Shown one piece after another: positions 1 to 8,632 of a DNA stretch of 31,691 nucleotides; within the stretch, counting starts at the first letter, position 1; each line of letters opens with the position of its first letter. The stretch covers positions 1 to 31,691 of the forward strand of contig JBDRBK010000005.1 of assembly GCA_043822705.1 (NCBI GenBank), given 5' to 3'. The notes under the pieces were generated by a model that was not told the origin of the DNA, made no database searches, and saw only the letters and a list, made by a program, of their open reading frames with translations. The DNA comes from Fidelibacterota bacterium. Lineage in GTDB: Bacteria > Fidelibacterota > Marinisomatia > Marinisomatales > TCS56. A program made the translations under genes and the position numbers.

Positions 1-1133
1 GAGTTGGGAACATGCCGCCACTGCAGGCTGCTGGTATAATTACCCCAATCCATATCCAGTACGAAGCCCTGCTCCTCATCATCCAGATCAAAATAGAATA
101 CATCACGACCGTAATAAGCCGACAGGGTCAGGCGATCCACCGGCGACAGGTTGTAAATCAGTTTGCCCTGCGTATCCCAGAGATAATAGGCCCCTAACGG
201 TTCACCATCGCCCTTGACGCTGTAATACAGCCGTGCCAAAGTATCGTAATAACTGCGGCGCCAGGCCCACATCCAGGAACCATTTTTAATCGGGCCTTCC
301 GCCAGAAATTTGCTGCTGAGCAGACTGATTTCACCCTGCAGTTGGCTCAGATCCCAATACTCCCCCACTTTGGAATTCGGAAACAGGCGATGGTTCTTGG
401 AATCGCCTTCCTTGGAGGTAATCGACAGCACCGATGAATTCCGGTTGCCGTATTTGGCGGGAAAGCCACCGGCCAGAAATTCGGCATCGGCCAGCGCCTC
501 GGCATTGAAAGTGGAAAACACGCCCCCAAGGTGATAGGGATTGTAGACTTCGATCCCGTCCAGCAGGATCAGGTTCTCGTCCGTGCTGCCGCCGCGGACT
601 ACCAGGGCCGAGGAAAAATCGTTATGCGACTGCACCCCGGGCATCAGTTGCAGGGCTCGGAATAAATCGGCTTCCACCAGGGCCGGGGTAGCCTTGATTT
701 CACGGGTCGTCAGGTTGATTCGGCTGACTTCGACCTGTTCCTCGAAGCGGGTCCGGTCGGCGGTGACCGTCACCTCCTGCCCTTCCAGAATCATCAAGGG
801 CAACTCCAGATCGATCCGCTGATCGGATTGCCGGGTCACGTTCACCGGTCGTTGAACCGACTCGTAACCCATCATCATCGCCTTAAGATTGTAAGCACCC
901 GACGGGATATTGATGATGACGTAATGGCCATGAACATCGGTGGCGGCACCGAGATCGGTGCCCTCTAAAATTACATTGGCAAACAGCAGTGGTTCGCCAC
1001 TGTCGCCGGCCCGTAGATAGCCAGATATCCGGCCGCCGGTCTGCGCCAGCGCCAACTGCATGAATATAGCCATGGTCAGGATAATCTTGATGGGTCTAAC
1101 CAGGGACTTCAGCTCCATTCGATTCGATTTCAT
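1..1133 (-). CDS. TonB-dependent receptor, N-terminal part (signal peptide, carboxypeptidase-regulatory-like domain, plug); runs off the left edge
   Basis: Absent from the ORF track; translated by hand: MKSNRMELKSLVRPIKIILTMAIFMQLALAQTGGRISGYLRAGDSGEPLLFANVILEGTDLGAATDVHGHYVIINIPSGAY...DLFRALQLMPGVQSHNDFSSALVVRGGSTDENLILLDGIEVYNPYHLGGVFSTFN...GGFPAKYGNRNSSV, typical TBDR plug motifs. Alternative in-frame ATGs at 1145 and 1118. Confidence 0.9.
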   Translation of the reverse strand, partial: MKSNRMELKSLVRPIKIILTMAIFMQLALAQTGGRISGYLRAGDSGEPLLFANVILEGTDLGAATDVHGHYVIINIPSGAYNLKAMMMGYESVQRPVNVTRQSDQRIDLELPLMILEGQEVTVTADRTRFEEQVEVSRINLTTREIKATPALVEADLFRALQLMPGVQSHNDFSSALVVRGGSTDENLILLDGIEVYNPYHLGGVFSTFNAEALADAEFLAGGFPAKYGNRNSSVLSITSKEGDSKNHRLFPNSKVGEYWDLSQLQGEISLLSSKFLAEGPIKNGSWMWAWRRSYYDTLARLYYSVKGDGEPLGAYYLWDTQGKLIYNLSPVDRLTLSAYYGRDVFYFDLDDEEQGFVLDMDWGNYTSSLQWRHVPN

Positions 1134-1343
1134 TTTAGTTTCCATAATCTGAATTGACAGTGCGAGGCTACGTTGGTTGTCAGATAATTCAGCAGGCGGG
1201 ATATATTCTGCGTTCGTATCTTTTTTTATCTATAAACCGGTAAATACTGACGGGGAATTTCCATACGATTCGGTCATGGTCAGCGTGACAAAACTCACAG
1301 AATCGCATGGGTGCCAAGCGGTTCCAGAACGGTGGTAATGAAA

Positions 1344-1847
1344 TCAGGATTTACCGCTGTGACGACTGATTTCACCTCGTACCATGTACATGACATCCTC
1401 GGCGATATTGGTGGCATGGTCGGCAATCCGTTCCAGATGCCGTGAAATACCCACCAGGTGAATCAGGTCGCCGGCCTGTTCCGGATTCATTTTAATATGT
1501 TCCTCAAGATAGCTGAAAGTCTTATTGTGCAACTGGTCGACTTCCTGATCGTCTTCACAGACCTTGGCCGCGATATTTAAATCCAGCCTGATCAGGGCAT
1601 CAAGGCTGTTTTTCAACATCTGCTGGGCCTTGCGGGTCATTACGGTAATATCATCGGGAATCACCAGTGGCGGACGCTTGTCCAGACGCCGGGCCCGCTT
1701 GGCAATATTGACCGCCAGATCGCCAATCCGTTCCAGATCGCTGTTGATCTTCAAAACCGATACGATATATCGCAGATCGGCCGCCACCGGCTGATGCAGC
1801 ACCAGCACTTTCAGACATTCCTCTTCCAGATTGACTTCCATATACAT
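1344..1847 (-). pseudogene. phoU: Phosphate signalling protein PhoU, N-terminally truncated (167 aa)
   Basis: PhoU motifs EEECLKVLVLHQPVAADLR, DLERIGDLAVNIA and LERIADHATNIAEDV. The first ~50 residues of a typical ~220-aa PhoU are missing, and an in-frame TGA lies 6 codons upstream of the ATG. Confidence 0.75.
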
Positions 1848-2100
1848 CTGAACCTTCTTTTTTCACCTTAGAATCCAGCTGAAAGTGTCCGAGAGGATCT
1901 GAAGTATCATACCTGGAGATTTTATGAAACCAGCTCCAGAATATCAATTTAAGCATCCACAGCCAGAATTGTTACGGGCAATGATTCTGTACATCTATTT
2001 ATCATCAGTCGAAATTACTTATCGATTGTTAGAGTTTTATTAGGCCTGGTTTTAACATGATAAACAGCGTAAAATTAGATAACTATAGAAGGTGGGAAAA

Positions 2101-2673
2101 ATGAAAACACGCTGCGCCTGGCCCGGCACAAACACATTGATGGTTGAATATCACGATCAGGAATGGGGTACGCCGCTCCACGATGATCGCAAATTGTTCG
2201 AGTTCCTGGTGCTGGATGCCTTCCAGGCCGGATTGAGCTGGTCGACGATCCTGAACAAGCGGGAAAATTTCCGGGCGGCCCTGGACAATTTCGATCCGGA
2301 GAAAATCGCCCGCTACGATGAAAATAAAATTCAGGAATTACTGAATAACCCCGGTATTATCCGTAATAAATTGAAGGTGCGCAGCACTGTTTCCAACGCC
2401 CGCGGTTTTCTGGATATTCAGTCTGAATATGGTAGCTTTGATAAATATATCTGGCAATTTACTGGTGGAAAGCCCATTATAAATCACTGGCAGACAATGC
2501 GGGAGATTCCGGTCAGCACGGCGGAATCGGATGCCATGAGCAAGGACCTGATCAAACGCGGCTTCAAATTCGTCGGCACCACCATCTGCTACGCCTTCAT
2601 GCAGGCGGCGGGAATGGTGAATGACCACACCGTGGATTGCTTCCGCCACCGGGAGCTGGCCAAATTAATCTGA
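2101..2673 (+). CDS. tag: DNA-3-methyladenine glycosylase I
   Basis: RCAW...YHDQEWG...LFEFLVLDAFQAGLSWSTILNKRENFR...GIIRNKLK...GFKFVGTTICYAFMQAAGMVNDHTVDC. ATG at 2101 preferred over GTG at 2092. Confidence 0.95.
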   Translation: MKTRCAWPGTNTLMVEYHDQEWGTPLHDDRKLFEFLVLDAFQAGLSWSTILNKRENFRAALDNFDPEKIARYDENKIQELLNNPGIIRNKLKVRSTVSNARGFLDIQSEYGSFDKYIWQFTGGKPIINHWQTMREIPVSTAESDAMSKDLIKRGFKFVGTTICYAFMQAAGMVNDHTVDCFRHRELAKLI

Positions 2674-3624
2674 TCAGGCGTTCAGCAGGCGTTGAATTTC
2701 CGGCATTTTTTCCAGCGTCCGATTGTACCCCTCGTTAATCGCCCTTTCCGCTTCATCGAAATCGAACATGTTCAGATCGCCCAGCCGGGGCCGGATCAGT
2801 ATATCGGGCGGATTCAGCGTCAGGTTGACGCGGGCGATCTGTTCCTCCATGATGTCGATCGTCATGCCCATGATTTCCAGAATATTGGGTTTGGGATCCT
2901 CGCGGTCGAACCAGGAGCCAATCTTGTCGCGAATCATTTTTTCGGCACCGCCGTAACTGCGGGCCAGCTTGGCGACCAGCTCATTGCTGCTGTGCTGGAG
3001 TTCCTCGATAAAACCATCGCCATCCTCATCATCCTGGATCACCGGTCGTTCCTGTTTTCGTCGCCCCACCAGACCGGTATTCAGATCAACGGCAATCACC
3101 ACCTCCGCCCCCATTGCCCGAGCCACATCCACCGGCACCGGATTGACCAGTCCGCCGTCCACCAGTAATTGTTTTCCGCGACGCACCGGCGTGAAAACGC
3201 CGGGCACGGATACGCTGGCGCGGATCGACTCGATAATGTTGCCGGAATCAAGGATCACCGCCCGGCCGGTATTCAGGTCGGTTGAGACCATCCGCAACGG
3301 TATCCGGAAATCGGCAAAAGTACGGGCATTGGTATGCATCGAAAACAGCTCGTGGACTTTCTTACCGTCCAGAAAACCGGATTTGGGGAAAACCACATCA
3401 AAGTACGACAGCACCATTTTCCAGTTCATTCCCAGGGCGAATTCCCGCAGACTTTCGATACCACCGGTGGCGTAAACCGCCCCGACAAAAGCGCCGATGC
3501 TGGTGCCGGCGATACAGTCGATCGGAACCCGGTGCTCCTCCAGGGCCTGAATCACGCCGATATGCGACCAGCCGCGGGCCGAACCGCTGCCCCGGGCCAG
3601 ACCGATTTTCCTGCGTCCGGCCAT
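2674..3624 (-). CDS. Patatin-like phospholipase (RssA/NTE family)
   Basis: GSGSARGWSHIGV glycine loop, GTSIG nucleophile motif, ASVSVPGVF and LVDGG. Start overlaps the upstream stop (TGATG). Confidence 0.92.
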   Translation of the reverse strand: MAGRRKIGLARGSGSARGWSHIGVIQALEEHRVPIDCIAGTSIGAFVGAVYATGGIESLREFALGMNWKMVLSYFDVVFPKSGFLDGKKVHELFSMHTNARTFADFRIPLRMVSTDLNTGRAVILDSGNIIESIRASVSVPGVFTPVRRGKQLLVDGGLVNPVPVDVARAMGAEVVIAVDLNTGLVGRRKQERPVIQDDEDGDGFIEELQHSSNELVAKLARSYGGAEKMIRDKIGSWFDREDPKPNILEIMGMTIDIMEEQIARVNLTLNPPDILIRPRLGDLNMFDFDEAERAINEGYNRTLEKMPEIQRLLNA

Positions 3625-4205
3625 CAGCGCCGGCCCAGGCGGGTGATTTCCAGCTCCCGCGAGATATAGGTCCGGGAATCAGGATCGGCCGACAGATAAT
3701 TGTTACTTCCCAGGTACAGGGCAAAATCGATTTTGGTCGGGTCCAGAAGCCCGTCATCCAACACCAGTTTTTCGTCGCAGTGGGCCGCCACGACTTCGCC
3801 GACAAATAAGGTATGGTCGCCGGCCGGATACTGGTGCACTACCCGGCATTCGTAGGCGGCGTAAGCTGAAGCAATGATCGGGCAGGCGATTTCCAGCGAA
3901 TCTGCCAGCGGAATATTGAGTTGTTTGACTTTATCGCCATCATGGCCGGACAAAGTGCCGGTCCCATGGATCATTTTCAGGTGGCGGATATCCAGGAAAT
4001 TGCAGGTGAATTCCCCCGACTCGGCAATCAGGTCGTGGGTAAACCGTTTCGGTGCGATTGACACCAGGTACAACGGCGGTTTATGACTGACACCGCTGTG
4101 CCAGGCGGCGGCCATGAAATTGGTTTTATCGCCCAGGCGCGCCCCAACCAGATTCACTACGGCGGGATAAAAATGATAAAACTGTTCGATCGAAGTTGTT
4201 TTCAT
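3624..4205 (-). CDS. Flavin reductase family protein (DIM6/NTAB-like)
   Basis: NFMAAAW...PPLYLVSI...RFTHDLI..SGEFTCNFL...ECRV...GDHTLFVGEV. RBS GGAGG upstream. Confidence 0.9.
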   Translation of the reverse strand: MKTTSIEQFYHFYPAVVNLVGARLGDKTNFMAAAWHSGVSHKPPLYLVSIAPKRFTHDLIAESGEFTCNFLDIRHLKMIHGTGTLSGHDGDKVKQLNIPLADSLEIACPIIASAYAAYECRVVHQYPAGDHTLFVGEVVAAHCDEKLVLDDGLLDPTKIDFALYLGSNNYLSADPDSRTYISRELEITRLGRR

Positions 4206-4267
4206 AGGACAATACCTCCGGAATTTGGACTGAATTTACTTACCAGGGAAGTAAGCCGCGCAACCGG

Positions 4268-5797
4268 TTACAGGCGACAGGTGATTCCGCCGTAGAGATA
4301 GGCACCGGAGAAACTGTCATCCCGGAACATATCGGCTGACAAGGAACCGGTCCAGCGTGAGCGAATCCGCCAGTTGAGACTGAATGCCAGATTATGCCGG
4401 AAATAATCGGCGGTCCGATTGCCGTAACCGTAAGCGAATATTTCGTAATCGCCGGACAGCGATCCCAGTTCGCCGAAAACCAGGTTGATCCCGCTACGCA
4501 AGCGCAGTCCGTTCAACAACTGGTTTTTCAGGTAATCGGCGCCCAGGTCGAAATTCCAATGCCGCGAACGGCCCGGTGATGAATAATTGACGGCCACAAA
4601 ATTGGCCGAACTACGCTGACCGGTTTCGGTTTTGATGTTGGCGGATAGCTGCAAAGCGCCAAAGCGCTCCGACCGCAGATGCAGGGCATTGTACCAGCCG
4701 GTGCGCAGTACATCACTGAAGAGCGAATCGGCCCGGTCACCGTAAACGCTGCGGTAAATTACCCGCTGGCGCGAGCTCAGGCGCGAGGTGATTGTAACCG
4801 CCCGGTGGGGTTTCAGGCGGAGCGACGCCTGCAGCGAAGTCCATTCCAGCGAATTACGGTAGGCCAGATTATCGGAACGGTCCAGATCGATCGTCTGGTT
4901 GAACGACAGGTCCAGCCAACGCCTGGTCTCCCAGCGCAGGTTATGATAAATATACTCGCGGTCGATACCACCACCGTAATACTGCCCGACCGTCGCCAGA
5001 CTGGTGGCGAATCGACGCTGGCTGTGGTTGCGGCGGTAACTGCCGTACGCGCCGAATTTGCTGACATCGGTGGAATAGTCCAGACTGCCCGGCAGCGGTT
5101 GCAGACCCGCCAGGGCGCCGACGGACCAGTTTTCAGCCAGACGCAGGCCCAGGTGGGCGCCATCGGTGATACCAATACCGGCCAGTTCCGGAGCATAGAC
5201 CCGTCCCAGTTGTGCCTGCAGCCGGTCACGGCCGCTTCCTAATGCCAGTTGGAACTGATAAATGTTCCAGCGTTGATCGCTGAAATTGCGGTTGCCGTAA
5301 AACGACAGTCGCAGCGTCCGGGGCCGATCGATCGAGATACTGTAATTCAGGGCGGCCACCGATCGCGAATACGAAGTGGCGGAAAACCGCGAATCGGAAT
5401 AACGCCAGGACAGGCTGCCCTGGTGCCGCAACACCGGCCGTGCTGATTGCGGTGCCGCGATTGACTGTTGTGGTTTATCCGGTGCCGGCAGCGCGACCGG
5501 TGCTAGTTTCTCAAGCACGACGCGGTCGCCAAGCAGTAGCTGGTCGATCGGCAACTGCGGCTGACAGACTGAATAATTACCGGACAGGTTGGTCACTACC
5601 AGCAGGCCGACCAGATCATCGCGGCGCATAACCGTCAAAGTATCGCCCACCGCCACGCCGGCCGACGAGCCGAGATCGCAATAGACCAGTTCGGCGGTGA
5701 GATAAGTAATCCGTCCCTGGGCACTGATGACCGGCCGGGCGCCGATCCCGGCGCAGATCGCCAGCAGAATGAGCAGCAAAAGTTTCAGTTTAATCAC
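4268..5797 (-). CDS. Probable outer-membrane beta-barrel protein with small N-terminal periplasmic domain (putative porin partner of the cytochromes)
   Basis: Signal peptide, small domain (VYCDLGSSAGVAVGDTL), Pro-rich linker, then ~370 aa of alternating aromatic/hydrophobic strands ending YLYGGITCRL. Overlaps the cytochrome gene by 8 bp. Confidence 0.65.
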   Translation of the reverse strand: MIKLKLLLLILLAICAGIGARPVISAQGRITYLTAELVYCDLGSSAGVAVGDTLTVMRRDDLVGLLVVTNLSGNYSVCQPQLPIDQLLLGDRVVLEKLAPVALPAPDKPQQSIAAPQSARPVLRHQGSLSWRYSDSRFSATSYSRSVAALNYSISIDRPRTLRLSFYGNRNFSDQRWNIYQFQLALGSGRDRLQAQLGRVYAPELAGIGITDGAHLGLRLAENWSVGALAGLQPLPGSLDYSTDVSKFGAYGSYRRNHSQRRFATSLATVGQYYGGGIDREYIYHNLRWETRRWLDLSFNQTIDLDRSDNLAYRNSLEWTSLQASLRLKPHRAVTITSRLSSRQRVIYRSVYGDRADSLFSDVLRTGWYNALHLRSERFGALQLSANIKTETGQRSSANFVAVNYSSPGRSRHWNFDLGADYLKNQLLNGLRLRSGINLVFGELGSLSGDYEIFAYGYGNRTADYFRHNLAFSLNWRIRSRWTGSLSADMFRDDSFSGAYLYGGITCRL

Positions 5798-6581
5798 TTT
5801 TACCTCGCAAGTGGCAGTCGAAGCAGGCGCTGCTCAGGTAAACATAGTTGCGGGCTTCGCCGCGGTGTTTGGAATCCATCGCCGATTGACGGTGGGCATG
5901 GCAGACACCATTAAGGCCGCATTCGAAGCGGGTATAATCGGGCGCATAAACATGGCATTCGACCTCGCAGGAATTCCACTTGCCGTTATGTGCACCGGAA
6001 TAGATCGGGAACAGCAGATCATGATTGGACATATCCACCGGCGACCAGTGCCGGGTATTGTGGCAGATCAGGCAATCGTCGTTCTGCGGGTGTCCGCCGG
6101 CCAGTGCCTGCTGAAAATCCGTTTGATGGCAGGTCCGGCACTCCGTCGTCAGATTGCCGCGCAGGGTATAGAAATCCTGGCTGTGACAATCGCGGCAGGG
6201 CGTTACCTGATGTGTACCACTCAACGGAAACAGGGTAAGATCGTGGTTCCGCCGCCAGCCGGACATTTCCCAAGTGGCGGGACTGTGACAAACGGCGCAA
6301 TCGCCATTGAAATCGCCCTGGTGAATATCCAGGTGGCAGTCACGACATTCGGGTGAGAGCCGGGCAAAATCGTGCAGTTCATCGACGTTGCCATCATGGC
6401 ATTGGGTGCAGCGCGCCAGGCGATGCCGGCCCTCCAGGGGAAAGACGGTCTCATCGTGATTAAATGTCGGCACTTCCGCCAGCGGCAGCCAGCCTTCCGG
6501 GGAGTGGCAATCCTCACAGGGTCGCTGATCAGTCTGCGCCCACAAAATAGAGGTCAAACCGAATATCAGCAACAGTTTCAT
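5790..6581 (-). CDS. Multiheme c-type cytochrome (8 CxxCH plus CX3CH and CX5CH)
   Basis: Signal peptide; CEDCH, CTQCH, CRDCH, CAVCH, CRDCH, CRTCH, CLICH, CFDCH, plus CEVECH and CGLNGVCH; HxxTxFPLxGxH repeats. Confidence 0.93.
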   Translation of the reverse strand: MKLLLIFGLTSILWAQTDQRPCEDCHSPEGWLPLAEVPTFNHDETVFPLEGRHRLARCTQCHDGNVDELHDFARLSPECRDCHLDIHQGDFNGDCAVCHSPATWEMSGWRRNHDLTLFPLSGTHQVTPCRDCHSQDFYTLRGNLTTECRTCHQTDFQQALAGGHPQNDDCLICHNTRHWSPVDMSNHDLLFPIYSGAHNGKWNSCEVECHVYAPDYTRFECGLNGVCHAHRQSAMDSKHRGEARNYVYLSSACFDCHLRGKSD

Positions 6582-8632
6582 CGTTTATCGCCCTTGAACG
6601 GGTGCAAGCGGTCCGGCAAACGGATGTTGCGATCGCCGCCACCGCAGTCATTTTCATCACCATTGGGGTGGCAGCGGGCACACTGGGGATTGTCGGCCGC
6701 AGTCGGATTGTAAGTATAGGTCGTGCCGCCAATCGAGCAGGTTTTCCAGCTGCCATCATCACTGTGCTGATTGTCCACGCCGCTGTGGCAGGAGCTCAGG
6801 GTACAGGAATAATCCGGCGCCAGGTAGGGGGCGGCATGGCAGCTCTGGCAGGTTTCCGTTCGCTCGTGCTGATGCGTGGAAGGGGCGATGGGGAAACGGT
6901 GGCTGAAGGTAGCGGCGTGCCAGTCGGTCGTGGAACTGTGGCAGGATTCGCAATTCTGGCCGAAGCCGGACACGGCGTGACTGGGATCGCTGGTGGTATT
7001 GTATTCATCCAGGTGGCAGGTCGCACAGGCCGCAGTCACCGCGCCATGGTCGAAACTGGCGTCGGTCCAATCGGCGGTGGAATTATGACAATATTCACAG
7101 ACGGTGGTAAAACCCTGGACGGCGCTGTGGACCGGGTCGCCGGCCGCCTCATAATCGGGCCGGTGACAGCCATAGCAGGCCAGACTCAGGCCATGTTGAA
7201 AAATATCGGGCTGCCAGCCCAGTTCCTGATGGCAGAGATCGCAGTATTCGACCGGGTAGCCGTAAGCCGCATGATCGGGATCGGTAGTGGACTGGTAGTC
7301 CGGGTAGTGACAGGCGGCAGCGGAACAGGTCACGGGCGTCCCATTATAGTTACCGTTAACATGACATTTTTCGCAATCGGCCAAAACATGCAGACCCAGC
7401 AGATCGTAACCGGTCTGGCCGGTTGTGTGGGTAAAACCGCCGATTTCCCAGGCCGTGGTCTGATGACAGCGAGCGCAGTCGATACCAATATTGCCGTAAC
7501 CGTGGGCTGGATCGATAGAATTCGTATGTTCGACCTGATGACAAAATACGCATGTCAGGGCGGAGAAATTGGCATGTTGAAAGAATATCTGGCTCCAGCT
7601 TTGCGATTCATGGCAGGATCCGCAGTCGTCCGGCAGACGGTGGGTGACGTGATCGAAGGCCGCCGACAGGTAATCGGTGACAGCCAATCCACCCGGCAGA
7701 TGGCAGCCGGAACAGGTGATCGGCAGATTATAACCCTGTTGATGGCAGGCCTGGCAAGTGACGCCGGCATGAGCGCCGATCAGCGGGAAGGCCGTCAGGT
7801 CATGATTGATTTCGGCCCCGGCCCAAACGGTAGTGTTATGGCAGTATTGACAGTCCATAACGTATTGTGTATCCTGTGAATGGTCGGGCGAACCGGGATA
7901 GGCGGCGCTGCCGGTGAGATCGTACTGGGTGCGATGGCAGGACCAGCAGTCCTGATTGATGCCGTCGAATTTCCCGTCATGGCAGCCGGAACACTGGGCC
8001 GTCCGGTGGGCGCCGGTCAGCAGAAAATCGGTCATGCTGTCGTGATTGAAAGCAGCCGGGCGCCAGGTCGGGCGGGCCAGCGGGTGGCAATCGCGGCATT
8101 CGACCGGCAGACCGGCGGCGGCGTGGGCCGGATCGGTGCTTTGCTCGTAATCTTCACGATGGCAGGAAAAACAGTCCTGGGGAGTGGTGGCATAATCATT
8201 ATTTTGCACCCCGCCGTGACATTGCTTACAATCCACCACCCGGTGCGCTCCCAGCAGGGCAAAGGCGGTGCGGCTGTGATCGAAATCGGTGGCGGTCAAC
8301 TGCCAGACGGCGGTGCCGTGGCAATCGTTGCAATCAACGCCGAGCCGACCCTGATGAATATCGATATGGCAGGCGTCGCAAGCAATCGGCGCAGCCCGGA
8401 AATCATGTTGCTCCGCCACCGTTTCGCCACCATGACAGGCGTTGCAGTAGCGACCGCGATGGGCGCCGGTCAGAGCGAAATCAGTGGTAGCATGGCTGAA
8501 ACCGGAAAAAGTGGGATTTTTCCAATTGGTTTCGACATGGCAATCGCCGCAATCCCGGTCAAGCCCGACCGGCAGGTCATCCTGGGCGAATAATATTGCT
8601 GCGACAAGTAAAATGGCAGGCCCGGCTTTCAT
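6578..8632 (-). CDS. Large multiheme c-type cytochrome (684 aa; 23 CxxCH plus 2 CX4CH)
   Basis: Start moved to ATG 8632 (MKAGPAILLVAAILFAQ, signal peptide; ATGA overlap with the upstream stop). 23 CxxCH counted by hand plus CSAAACH and CTLSSCH. Confidence 0.93.
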   Translation of the reverse strand: MKAGPAILLVAAILFAQDDLPVGLDRDCGDCHVETNWKNPTFSGFSHATTDFALTGAHRGRYCNACHGGETVAEQHDFRAAPIACDACHIDIHQGRLGVDCNDCHGTAVWQLTATDFDHSRTAFALLGAHRVVDCKQCHGGVQNNDYATTPQDCFSCHREDYEQSTDPAHAAAGLPVECRDCHPLARPTWRPAAFNHDSMTDFLLTGAHRTAQCSGCHDGKFDGINQDCWSCHRTQYDLTGSAAYPGSPDHSQDTQYVMDCQYCHNTTVWAGAEINHDLTAFPLIGAHAGVTCQACHQQGYNLPITCSGCHLPGGLAVTDYLSAAFDHVTHRLPDDCGSCHESQSWSQIFFQHANFSALTCVFCHQVEHTNSIDPAHGYGNIGIDCARCHQTTAWEIGGFTHTTGQTGYDLLGLHVLADCEKCHVNGNYNGTPVTCSAAACHYPDYQSTTDPDHAAYGYPVEYCDLCHQELGWQPDIFQHGLSLACYGCHRPDYEAAGDPVHSAVQGFTTVCEYCHNSTADWTDASFDHGAVTAACATCHLDEYNTTSDPSHAVSGFGQNCESCHSSTTDWHAATFSHRFPIAPSTHQHERTETCQSCHAAPYLAPDYSCTLSSCHSGVDNQHSDDGSWKTCSIGGTTYTYNPTAADNPQCARCHPNGDENDCGGGDRNIRLPDRLHPFKGDKR

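Noticed and set aside
1651..1956. 101-aa minus-strand ORF as the frameshifted phoU N-terminus or a PstS remnant
   Set aside because: Its upstream part shows no PhoU-like helical sequence, and any PstS resemblance is too faint to support.
2010..2062. Pho-box-like TAAY repeats upstream of phoU (minus strand GTTAAA/CCTAAT/TCTAAC)
   Set aside because: Spacing is 12 then 11 bp and the match is weak in AT-rich DNA; not supportable without a lineage-specific matrix.
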